Of a stretch of DNA of 64,000 nt, positions 23,291 to 35,627 are shown piece after piece. The notes below the pieces were generated by a model that was not told the DNA's origin, searched no databases, and was given only the letters and a program-made list of their open reading frames with translations. The stretch's first letter is position 1, and the number at the start of each line of letters is the position of its first letter. Made by a program: the position numbers and the translations under genes. The stretch comes from Okamejei kenojei (Eukaryota), in assembly GCA_035221665.1 (NCBI GenBank), contig CM069134.1:86924001-86988000 (forward strand), given 5' to 3'.

Positions 23291-23719
23291 TTAACTGACC
23301 TTGACCTGAGCATAGTTGTGTCACCAAAGTGACCGTATCAAAATGAGAAACTGTGCAACAGAGATAAGAATGGTGGGAGTCATGGAATGCGAGGAAATGC
23401 TAATGAATTCCTTCAGGGAGGTTCCCACAACACACATAACTGTACTGAAAGTCTACAGAGTCTGATCAGTCACCAATCAAATTGAGAGAGCAATTGAAAA
23501 TAAATAACCAGTTGAGGTGTCGCTTCGCAATGAAGAAGATAGCCAGAGATGAGAAGATCATAGGAAATAAAGTCAGTAATTTGAGTGGAGTGCTTGAAAA
23601 CATCAAGGTCATGGAAGGAAATTACATCATACAGGGAGAAAGTCAACATTTCTAGATAATTGTAACTGTAAGTAATTGCAGTTGTAAACGACAGGTCCAC
23701 ATTTATATAGATATATAGA

Positions 23720-24810
23720 TGCATAGGCAATAGGTGCAGGAGTAGGCCATTCAGCCCTATGAGCCAGCACCGCCATTCAATGTAAACATGGCTGATCATC
23801 CACAATCAGAACCCCATTCTTGCTTTCGCCCCATATCCCTCGATTCCGCTAGCCCTAAGAGCTCTATCTAACTCACTTTTGAATGCATCCAGTGAATTGA
23901 CTTCCACTGCATTCTGAGGCAGAGAATTCCACAAATTCACACCTCTCTGTGTGAAAATGTTTTTCCTCATTTCATTTCTAAATGGCCTACCCCTTATTCT
24001 TAAACTGTGGCTCCTGTTCTGGACTCCCTCAACATCGGGAATGTTTCCTGCATCCAGCATGTCCAATCCCTTAATAATTTTGTAATGACAGATTTTAATA
24101 TTGTTTCAAGGATTCTTTCCTTTAGTCCCTATGATTGAAGACAGGGGATCAGAAGATAACCGATACGCACTCACAAGCGCTCCATGAGACATTCAATGCC
24201 AGGTCTTCTTCCTAAAATATTAATGCTGTTTCTATCTCCACAGATGCTGCCTGACCTGTTGAGCTTTTCCAACACATTCTGTTTTTATTCAAGATTTATT
24301 AGTGTGTTAGATTCTGCTCCAATTTAAGCCCCATAATGCATCCAGTCTGTTGATTAGTAGTTTCTTTACTGTAGTAGTAAAAACAGTAAGATATTCATCC
24401 AAACTTCTTCTTGTATAAGTACATTTTAATCTTACTCGTGATCATACTCATGCATGGATGAAAGCTGTGACCTCTCCCCCATGCTTCTTCAAACTAAACT
24501 GACAACCAGGGAATCTGTGTGAGAATCCCAGCCGCAAACACGCCTCAGACTACGTATAAATCCCACCCACATAATTACAGGCATATAAAATTTAAAGGTA
24601 ACTGGTTATAGTTAGAACATACTGAGTTAAGCTAAATGGCTACTACAAATTTTATATGTTGTTATAAGTTTCCCTCTCATCCTTCTAAATTCCAGTGAAT
24701 ACAAGCCCAGTCGCTTCATTCTCTCAGCATATGACAGTCCCGCCATCCCTGGAATTAACCTTGTGAACCTACGCTGCACTCCCTCAATAGCAAGAATGTC
24801 CTTCCTCAAA
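23720..24810 (-). mobile_element. CR1 3' fragment split by a solo LTR
   Basis: ORFs 23806-24066 and 24627-24809 are collinear parts of the CR1 RT C-terminus. They rejoin as ...ATAATTT|TATATG... when 24081-24652 is removed. Confidence 0.9.
24081..24647. mobile_element. Solo LTR (TG...CA, 5-bp TSD), superfamily undetermined
   Basis: Starts TGTAAT and ends ACTACA. TSD AATTT at 24076-24080 and 24648-24652. It precisely interrupts a CR1. Confidence 0.8.
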
Positions 24811-25492
24811 ATATTTAATGAATATCTTAATAGTTTGGAGGGGGAAGTGGGGATCCAGAGAGGCTCAGGAATTCCAGAGTGTCAGACTCTGGACGTTGAT
24901 GGCATGGCTGCCAATGGTGGAGTGATTTAAATTGGGGATCTACAGTAGAATAGAAATCACAGAGGCAGGAAGGAGTTACAGAACAAGAGGAGGTATATTT
25001 GGATGTAGTTTCGAAACAGTTCATGAAATGTAAAATGGAATTGTTGTTAATCAGGAATCAATGTGGTTTAGGGAGTCCAGGGGCGATGGACAAAGCAAAT
25101 TTTAGACAAGCTCTGTTCATGGATGGAGGAAGGTGGGTGATCAGCTGGGAATGCTTGAATGAAAATGAAATAAATTACTGAAATTTTACGCAACGTAATC
25201 CTTTCTCTAAATTGGGCTTTAGTCATCTTTTCTATTTGTGAGCTCCTTACCTATTCATTCACACAGCTTGCAAATGTTTTGTCCAGTGATATCACAATTA
25301 CTTGGGAAATTCAAGTGACTTGGTAGTTTACCAGGAAACTTAGCATGATCGTTGGATGCATTATGGGGCTTAAATTGGAGCAGAATCTAACACACTAATA
25401 AATCTTGAATAAAAACAGAATGTGTTGGAAAAAGTCAACAGGTCAGGCAGCATCTGTGGAGATAGAAACAGCATTAATATTTTAGGAAGAAG
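24205..25492. repeat. 140-bp inverted repeat pair (24205-24344 and 25353-25492)
   Basis: The arms are reverse complements with only 2 differences seen by eye. The spacer is about 1 kb. Confidence 0.95.
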
Positions 25493-26469
25493 TATTAAAT
25501 GTCAGGATGAATAATGAATACCTGATTCCAAACTGGAAAAGCCAAGATTTTTAAAGAGAAGTCCTCAAGTTGCAGAAATGTGAGAAGGGGCAGAAAGGGG
25601 GGGGGGGGGGGGGTGTATAACAACAAGGAGGGCAGAGGTAGGGAGAGGTGCAGTGAGAACAATGTAAGTAACTAGACCTCATTAAGATCTTTAATGTTTT
25701 GTCTTCTCCATCCTTATCTCATAAATATGTGAGCTTATCCAAAATTCTGCTGCCCAGATCCTAAACTGCTCCTGCCACATCTACAATCAATCACATTTTC
25801 ACTTATAAATAAAAAACTAAAATGCTGGTAACACTCAGCAGGTCAGCTGTGGAAAGAGAAACAGAGTTAACATTTCAGGTCAAATCCCCTGAGTTGGGAA
25901 GAAACCAAGTTAATTTTAAATTGCAAAGCGGATGAGGGTGTGTGGATGGTTAGGACAAAGGGAATATTACTGACAGATTGAGGCAAGGGTTGTGTCGGTG
26001 ATTCCAGTGTTTACAGAGCCACCTGGTTAAATATTTAATAAGAGCAGTTAGAGGGAAAGAGGGCAAACAAGAGGACATATCAGAACTCATGTCAGAACTG
26101 TGAAATGCTGTTCAGAACTGTTGTAGAACCTGAAACCAGCTGGAGAATGCTGACAATTCCCAATTCCTTGGACAGTGCCTGTGGAGAGAGTAAATCTGAA
26201 TTAAAGATGCAGGGTCTTAACCTTGATGCATTAACTCTGTTTCTCTCTCCATATATGCTACCTGACCCACTGAGTGCTCCCAGTGTTTTCAGCTTTTATA
26301 ATATTCTCAGTCACCTGACATACAGAAAGATGCTATTTAATTCATTTAGTGCTGTTAGTATTTGTGGTTTCTCCATCTCTATCTAACATGTGGGTACATC
26401 TGTCCACCCCCTCAAGAGTCAGGATAGTCTAGTCCAGAGTGCCTAATTGAAGATAGTACCCGCAATGGA

Positions 26470-27330
26470 ACAATTAAATTCTTACCCTTGCTGCAGTTTA
26501 GTAGGCCAGCAAATGCAAAAACACACAGATAAATATATAATAAATAATAATACATTAAATTAATAACGACAATACTAGGAAACTATAACAGTGCACACCA
26601 AAATCCATAGAGCAAACAAAGCCACAGTCAATAGTAGATCATAGTTGCTAAGGTTTGTGTTGTGTAGTTTTCAAGAGCCTGATGGTTGCTGTGAAGATGC
26701 TTTTCTTGAACCTGGTGGTCATGGTTTACCTGATGCTTCTTCCTGATGGTAGTAACAAAATCAGAGTGCAGCCATGGTTGTGTGATGAAATTGGGTGTCC
26801 TTTTGAGGCAGTACTCAATGATGGGTAGGTCAATGCCTGTGTTGATGGTTATCGAGGAAGAAGTGCTGTTACCAATTCCTACTGATTGGTGTCTTCCAAT
26901 GAGCAACTTAAGAATCCAATTATATAGGAAAGATCAAAGACCTAGTTCTCTTGAGTGATAACGTTTGGAGGGAATGATGGTAGTCAATGAACAACACACT
27001 GACAACCGTGTTTTTTTGTCCAGGTGGTCCAGTGCAGAGTACAGATCCAGCAAGATCATATCCTCCGTTGATCTATTGTAGTGGTACTTGAACTATAGGT
27101 CCTTACTGAGGCAGGAGTTGAAATGCATCATGACCGACCTTTCAAGGCACTTCCTCACCACTGATGTTAGTGCCACCAGTCGGCAGATATTGAGGCATGT
27201 CACCTTACTCTTCTTGAGCTTCTTGTTTCCTTTTAGAGCAGGTAGGAACCTCAGACCTCAGTAATGGGAGGTTAAAGATATCTTCAAAAACACCAGCCAG
27301 TTGGTCTGTGCAGTTTTAAGAATGCGATCT
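26470..27330 (-). mobile_element. Rex1/Babar-clade LINE relic (RT fragment and 3' end)
   Basis: Minus-strand NRSTED.I...SALDHLDKK...LFID...IIP...NWILKLLIGRHQSVGIGNSTSSSITINTG, and TTRFKKS.F-like near 26700. Confidence 0.75.
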
Positions 27331-30039
27331 CTCCCTCATTTATGTCCAGCATGCTGTGCTCTCTGGATTGTTAACCTTAACCTCAAAATATTATAATAAA
27401 CTTTGGGCTGCAAAAAATATAGTCAGCTACTTGGAACAACTGAAAAACATGCTCATTTAAAAATGGTACTCTGACACATAATTATTTTGTACTTGCAGCT
27501 CGTAAATAAATAGGACTGTTTCAATTTATAATAACATTTGGATGGTTGCATTTACTTTTGTCCTCATGATTGGCTTAGAGCGATGCCACATTTTTTCTTT
27601 GATAGCAGTTTCATTGCTGGGGGTGGAGTCACGGAAGGGAAAATGTGGGGTCCTGCGAAAGAGAGATAAAATACCCTATTGTGGACAACAATCGTAGTTG
27701 GGCAGATCTCAAAATTAAGCCTTAACTGCAACAAATCTAAACCAGCTTTCCATTAAATATAGGCATTGAGTATTATTGGCCAAGCTGTGGACAGTTGTTT
27801 AATGGAAGTTTATTAGGTGTTAGGTATTAGCTCTGGAACCAACAAAAAGACTGGAAGACAAGTAATGACTTATAACAAGATATTTGGTAGGTGAACCCTG
27901 GCCTGGTTCGATTAAAATGAGCCTTGTACTCCAGTGAAATCTATAGGTTACACACTTGAATTTCGGTAGTTCTGGTCTTGCAAACTTAAATCTGTCAACA
28001 CTCCCTTATATCCCCATAGTCAGCCTGTTAACATCTGCTGTTGGCACAAAGCACCAGGGATTCTTTGCTCTTGTGTGTTCCAGTTTTTTTCACAGCTCTA
28101 CATACTTCTTAATTAATAGCAAAGTTAAGATGTATTTCAAAGTGTCAGGGGAGCAAAATCTGTAAATTGGAAGAAATGGTTTACATACTTTCATATGTTG
28201 CGGTGAAGGAGTGGTTCTAAAAGTGTAAGGCCAATGTGAATCATTGGGTCGCTTCAATATTATATGTAATTCTAATTGAAATGTTTGTTAATCCACACTA
28301 ACTGTGTTCAAGCTGTGCTAATAATTATACACAGCAGCATGGGGCATGGAAGTCACAGAAAGTTTTTCAACCAGTGATGCATTACGCATTGCTCTTGTAC
28401 TGCCCTGTAACCTATTACAATAACATTATTGTCTGTCTGACTTTGATTGCCACTGTGTTAAGTGGGGAATGTAGCTGAATTCATGGCTAAATGCTGGCAC
28501 TTTGAATCAATGGTATTTCCAGTTTATCAAATGGAAAACAAATGCCTCTCCTTCTCCCAATCAGAAATCACAACATTAGCTGTATGTCATTGGATCCAAG
28601 CATAGGAAGATTCATAGTTAGTCTTGATAAAGAAATGACTGATCCTCTGTATTATATATCACCAGGTCCTCAAGGATTCAAGATATGTATAATACATAGC
28701 CCATGTAATTTATTTATAAAGACAAAATGTGAATTTCCTGTATTGGGGGGTTTCAAGTACAATTTGTCACACAGTTAAATGATGTATTCTTATTAGTCTC
28801 ACTCAATTACAAAGTCATTGCTCTGTGTTCTGAATGTTTGTTAATGAACAGAACATTGTCTGTTAGTGTAATAATACTGCTGTTGCCAATGATGGTAACA
28901 GTAATGACTTCTTCAGATTGCACCGAGTTTTTTTTTAGCCACCTGCCAAAATGTGAAAATTATAAATTAACACATTGTTGTTTAATGTACAATTTCACAT
29001 AATGCTGGTGGATGGATAGAGAGAGTATGATTGTATGGGAGGAGGAGGGCTGTTCACATCTCTAATCCAGGCCTTGTACTGTAGATAAAGCTTACTTTCC
29101 TCAGTATAAGACCATATAAATGTAGGCAAATGTATTAATAAAAATAACCATGCATTCAAATTATGATTGCTTCTTATTGAAGTAATATTTAAGATAGACT
29201 TACACCATTCTTCTTTTGAGAGGTCTGCATGTAAATCCTAATGCATAGGGTGTGAAATCTTTTTTGGGATGTAATAGTGAACATCTCATCTTGTCGCATA
29301 ATATTTTTTGTGCAGTTGTCACTTTTCTCGTGTCATTTCAATACATATTGCCAGTAAAGTGCTAAACACTCTTTGTGGCATTCCAACAGGATTAAGTTCT
29401 AAAAGTCAAGAGTATAAACTTTTGATTTTTTAACTTCACTTTGAAATCAGGAGCACACTTCGCAGTAAGTCATCAAGCAGGCACGAATCAAAGTGATTGG
29501 GACATCAGTGTTTTGGTCCCTGCAGAGTTTTTACTGCTCTGTATGTTGCAATCATCATTGAGGTGTCTCACAGTGCCTAATGAATATAATCACAGCATAC
29601 CGATCAGCTGTAATCCCTCAGCCTGTATTTCGCAATGACTTGGGACCATTTGCAGCAGAGGACTTGATTGGTGCCAGCGATTGCTAGTGCATTGTGACCA
29701 CAGTTCTCACGACACCTATTCCCTAAGCACCACACCCCTGTTTTCTTTCATCTCCCTGGCAGCCTGTGTAGTTGCTTCTAACTTGAAAAGAGCATGTACG
29801 CGGGACTAACACTGCAGTTGCACGCTCAGCTGCTGCGGGGAAAAGGGCAGTCAGCATTCTAAACATCTGGCATATTTTATAAAAGGTACATTTTACCAAG
29901 GCTGAGATTGAGATATCTTTGAACACCAAACAGACCCAGTGAGCAGAGCACAAAGAGATGAGGCACACGATCAACTGTGGTCTTATTCAATGACGGAGCA
30001 AGTTTGAGGCACACATGACTGATTCACCATCTATGTCTA

Positions 30040-30400
30040 CATAGAACACAGAAGCGTACAGCACAAGTACAGGTCTTCTGGTCCACAATATCTGTGCCGA
30101 ACATGATGGCAAGATCATCTCTTATCCACCTCCACATAATCCATATCTTTCATTCCCTGCATATCCATACGCCAATCCAAAAATCTCTTAAAATCCACTA
30201 TTGTATCTGCCTCAACCATCAACCTTGGCAACACGTTCCAGGCACTTACCACCCTCTGCTTAAAAAAGTTGCCCTGCGTACCAACTTTAAACTTTGCCCC
30301 TCTCACCTTTAAACTACGCCCCAATATTTGTTTTTTTCCATCCAGAGAAATAGGTTATGACTGTCTACCCTATCTATGCCTCTTATCATTTTATATACAA
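30040..30400 (-). mobile_element. CR1 3' fragment
   Basis: ORF 30115-30324 reads SLKVRGAKFK...FFKQRVVSAWNVLP. Confidence 0.85.
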
Positions 30401-30842
30401 ATGTCAGAGTTTAGAAGCAAAAGTCATGATCTCAGGAGTGGGATTAGTCTTTTAACGTTGAGATGAAGAATTTATTTTCTCTGAGGATTCTCTGCATCAG
30501 AGGTCTGTAGACATTGAGTCATTAAACATATTTGTCTTGAATTTTTGTACAATGAGGGAATTGAGATTTATGCAATTCTTACAGAAGTAGAACTGCATTT
30601 AATGATCAACCAGGAACTTGTGGCTCTATTCCAATATCTTAGTGTCGAACGGCAAAAAGTTTGTCATGGCCATGGTGGGCCAAAGGGTCTATTTCTGTGC
30701 TTTACAACTCTATCACTCTAAACTCTATGATCTTATAGATTAATGAACGGGCTGGTGCGGCTGTGTGAGCTCTTGCTCTTATTTCTTATCTTCTTATAAG
30801 TTCACATGAAGAGGATGGTCAATGCACTAATAGAGGTTATGG

Positions 30843-32414
30843 TAATGTTTATTTGGGACAGAGACCCATAATTTATTTATTTGTCTCTGTACTCTACAAT
30901 TTGAGATTTGTAATAGAAAAAGTCACACGTGGTTAAAGTGCACATTGTCAGATTTTATTAAAGGCCATTTTTGTGCATTTTGGTTTCACCATGTAGAAAT
31001 TACAGCTGTGTTTACACATGGTCCCCCCATTTCATGGCACCATAATGTTTGGGACACATGTCTTCACAGGTGTTTTTAATTGCTCAGGTGTGTTTAATTG
31101 CTTCCTTAATGTAGGTATAAGAGAACTCCCAGCATCTAGTCTTTCCATCAACTTTGGAAACTTTTATTGCTGTTTATTAGATGCAGACACAGGAATAAAA
31201 CTGTTAGAGACATCAACCAAACATTAGGCTTACCAAAATCAACTGTTTGGAACTAATTAAGAAGAAAGACAGCACTGGTGAGCTTACTAGTCACAAAGGG
31301 ACTGGCAAGCCAAGGAAGACCACCACAGCTGATGACAGAAGAATTCCCTCTATAATAAAGAAAAATCCCCAAACACCTGTCCTATAGATCAAAATACTCT
31401 TCAGGAGTCGGGTGTGGATTTGTCAATGACTACTGTTCGCAGAAAACTTCATGAACAGAAATACAGAGGCTACACTGCAAAATGCGACCCACTGGTTAGC
31501 TGCAAAAATAGGATGGCCAGGTTACAGTTTGCCAAGAAACTGTAAAAGAGCAACCACAGTTATGGAAAAAGGCTTTGTGGACAGATGAGAGAAAGGTTAA
31601 CTTGTATGAGAGTGATGGCAAGAGCAAAGTATGGAGGAGAGAAGGAACTGCCCAAGATCCAAAGCATACCACCTCATCTGTGAAACACGGTGGTGGGGAT
31701 GTTATGGCCTGGGCATGTACGGCTGCTGAAGGTACTGGCTCACTTATCTTCATTGATGATACAACTGCTGATGGCAGTAGCATTTAATTAATTCTGAAGT
31801 GAACAGACACATCCTAACTGCTCAAGTTCAACCAGCAAAACTCAGTGGCCGGCAGTACATTCCACAGCAAGACAATGATCCCAAACATACTGCTGAAGTT
31901 GCAAAGTTTTTCAAAGCTAAAAAGTGGTCAATTCTTGAGTGGCCAAATCAATCACCCGATCTGAACCCAATTGAGCGTGCCTTTTATATGCTGAAGAGAA
32001 AATTGAAGGGGACTAGCCTCCAAAACAAGCATAAACTAAAGATCGTTGCAATACAGGACCGGCAGAGCATCACCAGTGAAGGCATCCAGCAACTGGTGTT
32101 GTCCATGAATCGCAAACTTCAGGCAGTCATTGCATGCAAATAATATGCAACAAAATACTAAACATGACTACTTTCATTTACATGACATTGCTGTGTCCCA
32201 AACATTATGGTACCCTGAAATGGGGGGACTATGTATAAACACTTGTAATTTCTACATGGTGAAACCGAAATGTATAAAAATGGCCTTTATTAAAATCTGA
32301 CAATGTGCACTTTAATCATATGTAATTTTTGTCTATTACAAATCTCAACTTGTGGAGTACAGAAGCAAATAAATAAATTATGGGTCTTTGTCCCAAACAT
32401 TATGGAGGGCACTG
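30843..32414 (+). mobile_element. Tc1 (IR/DR, DD34E) DNA transposon, decayed, with eroded left tip
   Basis: About 210-bp TIRs (30852-31058 and about 32190-32414) with the internal direct repeat CATAATGTTTGGGACA. The right end is ...GGGCACTG|TA. Confidence 0.92.
31175..32143 (+). pseudogene. Tc1 transposase (frameshifted)
   Basis: [46 protein letters not shown]. Confidence 0.9.
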
Positions 32415-32919
32415 TATATTCTCTGTACAGAGTGATCTGCAAATGGCTTTTTATTGATGATTACTCCATATTCTCAGTCTCACAACTCATTGGCAATCAA
32501 ACTACGCTAAACTGGTCTCTTAATAAATGATTAGAATTAATGTAATCTTTACTGTCCTCTACTCTGTTACTAAAACATGGTGTGGTATATTAACGATAGG
32601 GCCATAACTTGTTTATGACTTATTAATGGTTATTAACCTTCAATGAACTTTAATATTTTGTGATGTTAAAATTAAAGTGAAGTGAGAGAGTTGTTTGCTT
32701 TAAAGCCATTATTATTCAGAACAAATGGGCATTCCCACAACTCAGCATGTTAAGTGCTAAGACAAACAGTTTAATGGTTAATATATATCTCAGGCACTTT
32801 TTACGCTTTATGCAATCTTGACTACATAAGTGCCAACTTATGTAGGACTTCGAAGCTAATGGAGTGAAATTAATATTCTACTATTATTCACTATATACAC
32901 TTCATGTTTTTGCAGATAT

Positions 32920-33046
32920 TTGTTTCAGTTTAGTTTAGCTTAGAGATACTGCGCGGAAACAGACCCTTCGGCCCACCGAGTCCGCACCGACCAGCGATCC
33001 CCAGCGATATCCGCATATTAACACTATCCTACACTAGGGGCAATTT
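32920..33046 (-). mobile_element. HE1-type SINE 3' part, followed by a Penelope-derived arm (33047-33170)
   Basis: (GTTTA)n-GAGATACTGCGCGGAAACAGACCCTTCGGCCCACCGAGTCCG. Confidence 0.8.
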
Positions 33047-33474
33047 TGTGTGGGAAGGAACAGCAGATTCTGGTTTAAACTAAAGATAGATATAAAATGC
33101 TGGAGTAACTCAACAGGACAGGCAGCATCTCTGGAGAGAAGGAATTTTGGGCTCAGACCCTTCTGCTGACTCAACAAGATGTTGTCCGGAATATAGAATA
33201 TAAGTGAATATTAGCAGGTCCCAAGCTCATGGATGGGGCAGAATTTGTTTACTGGATTTAGGAGTTTACTTGAAACAATGTGTAGGTAGTCCAACTAGGA
33301 ATGGGACCATACTAGATCCTGCATTGGGGAAGGAACCTAGCCGGGTGATCAACGTTTCAGTTGAGTAACACTTCAGGGGCAATGAGGGTTTTCAGATTGA
33401 TATGGATAAGGATAATGTTGTCCTTGCATGAAATTAGGGGAAGGCTAATTATAACAATATTAGGTAAGAAATAG

Positions 33475-33793
33475 GGTCAGCAAAGTGGTGCAGTGGTAGA
33501 GCTACTGCCTTAGTGCGCCAGACACCTGGGTTTGATCCTGACTGCGGGTGCTGTCTGTATGGAGTTTGTATATTTTCCGTATGACCGTGTAGGTTTTCTC
33601 CAGGTGCTCCTGTTTCCTCCCACACTCCAAAGACATACAGGTTTTTAGGTTAATTGGCTTTGATAAAAATTGTAAATTATCCCTAGTGTGTAGTGCTAGT
33701 GCTAGTGTACGTGGTGATTGCTGGTCAACATGGACTCAGTGGGCTGAAGGGCCTGTTTATGTGCTGTAGCTCTAAAGTCCAAAGTCTTAAAGT
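33475..33793 (+). mobile_element. HE1-type V-SINE, full length
   Basis: tRNA-like head GTGGTGCAGTGGTAGAGCTACTGCC...GGGTTTGATCC, V-domain TTTCCTCCCACACTCCAAAGAC, and a CR1-like tail. Confidence 0.88.
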
Positions 33794-34043
33794 GTAGAGA
33801 AAATAGAGTGAGGGCAATTGTTTGAGAGTAAGTCCACATCTGATAAAGTGGAAATCTTTCAAATACCAGCATGTTCCTGAGAATGAAAGATAAGAATAGC
33901 AAGCTTCAGAAGCCTTTTGGAACATTTCAGGTAACCACAACCGCTGTGCTTCTCCCCCCCCCCACCATCCACCATGTAGATCCATGTGTCCATCATCCTT
34001 CCCTTATCTGCTTGCTCCTATCACCTATGAGCCTCTATTTCTA

Positions 34044-34755
34044 AAGATAGACACAAAACCTCTACATCGGTGAGACCAAGCACAGGCTTGCCGATCGCTT
34101 CGCCCAACACCTCTGCTCAGTTCACAATAACCAACCTGATCTCCCGGTGGCTCAGCACTTCAACTTCCCCTCCCATTCCGAATCTGACCTTTCTGTCCTG
34201 GGTCCCCTCCATTCCCAGACTGAGGCCCAGCATAAATTGGAGGAACAGCACCTCATATTTTGCTTGGGTAGTTTACACCCCAGCGGTACGAACATTGACT
34301 TCTCCAATTTCAGTTACTCCTTGCTTTCTCCCTCCATCCCCTCCCCTTCCCAGCTCTCCCACAAGCCGACTGTCTCCGCCTCTTCCTTTCTTTTTCTTGC
34401 CCTCCCCCCCCCGACATCAGTCTGAAAAGGGTCTCAACCCGAAACGTTGCCTATTCCTTCTCTCCATAGATGCTGCCTCACCCGCTGAGTTTCTCCAGCA
34501 TTTTTATCTACCTTTGTATTTTTCCAGCATCTGCAGTTCTTTCTTAAACACAAAAAGCTGGAGTAATTCAGCGGGTCAGGCAGCATCCCTTGAGAACATG
34601 GATAGGTGACATTTTGAGTCAGTACCCTTCTTCAGGCCTGACCAGAATCATCACCTATCCATGTTTTCCATGGATGTTGTCTGACCCACTGAATTGCTCC
34701 AGCATTTTGTGTCCATCTTTGGTGTAAATCAGCATCTGCAGTTCCTTGTTATTGC
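34044..34755. mobile_element. Penelope-derived fold-back element (14-bp TSD) hosting a Penelope insertion
   Basis: TSD AGCCTCTAT(T/C)TCTA at 34030-34043 and 34756-34769. Confidence 0.75.
34059..34547 (+). mobile_element. Penelope-like retroelement 3' fragment (GIY-YIG endonuclease and terminal repeat)
   Basis: LYIGETKHRLADRFAQHL...PVAQHFN...KLEEQHLIFCLGSLHPSGTNIDFSNF. Flanked by ACACAAAA at 34051-34058 and 34548-34555. Confidence 0.92.
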
Positions 34756-34839
34756 AGCCTCTATCTCTACCTGTTTCCCACACCTCCTCCATACCAGTCC
34801 CATCTGCCTAGATATGTTTTTCCTTTTCTGGTTTCACTA

Positions 34840-35627
34840 TCCTTATATAAATATATAACNNNNNNNNNNNNNNNNNNNNNNNNNNNNNNNNNNNNNNNNN
34901 NNNNNNNNNNNNNNNNNNNNNNNNNNNNNNNNNNNNNNNNNNNNNNNNNNNNNNNNNNNNNNNNNNNNNNNNNNNNNNNNNNNNNNNNNNNNNNNNNNNN
35001 NNNNNNNNNNNNNNNNNNNNNNNNNNNNNNNNNNNNNNNNNNNNNNNNNNNNNGAAACGACGCGATAACGGTAACATTTTAACATATACCGGTAGAGATT
35101 TTACCCGTGAAATCAACAATTGCCTTATCTGAAAATTTCATGCATTATTTATTGAGTTATTTATTAAAATGTTCACAAATCTCAAATAACTTAGAAAATA
35201 AACAAGATGGTCTCACTGATAGTCTCACAATGGATCTGACTGCCTGCCTCTGCTCGCGCTGTGAATGACATAACTTTTACTTCTTTAAATTTGTCACTTA
35301 GCGTTTTTAAACTGCTGCTCAGGTCATGCTGCGCGCTCCACTGGGCTCCTTGAAGTTCTAGAACATGGCGGCGGCAACTTGCGCGGGCCACGCCTGCGGG
35401 GTTATGCCTGTGAATAGGGCGGGGTATGGGGTAAAAAGAGTGAATTAATAATATTAATTTAATATCAATGGGGGTGGTTAGTGTATGTGTGTGTGTGTGT
35501 GTGTGGGGGGGGATGGTTAGTGTGTGTGTGTGAGAGGTTGGTTAGTGTATGTGTGACGCCGCAGGCCGTCCCTCCCTTTGCAACCGCCATTGAGGGGACA
35601 GGACCCAATGGGTCCCAATTGATCTAG
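34840..35627 (+). mobile_element. Non-autonomous Helitron-like element (spans the assembly gap)
   Basis: 5' end A|TC followed by a TA-rich start. 3' hairpin GGACCCA-A-TGGGTCC (35601-35615), then CTAG|T (35624-35628). No TSD. Confidence 0.7.
34860..35053. other. Assembly gap (N run)
   Basis: Run of N bases. Confidence 0.99.

Noticed and set aside
25597-25613. Poly-G run as a functional G-quadruplex
   Set aside because: It is a simple homopolymer within a decayed repeat, its length is error-prone, and there is no other support.
33478-33545. tRNA gene
   Set aside because: It is the tRNA-derived head of a HE1-type SINE and continues into the V-domain and tail. The same applies to the other copies.
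34808-35119. ORFs spanning the N run
   Set aside because: These are an assembly-gap artefact.
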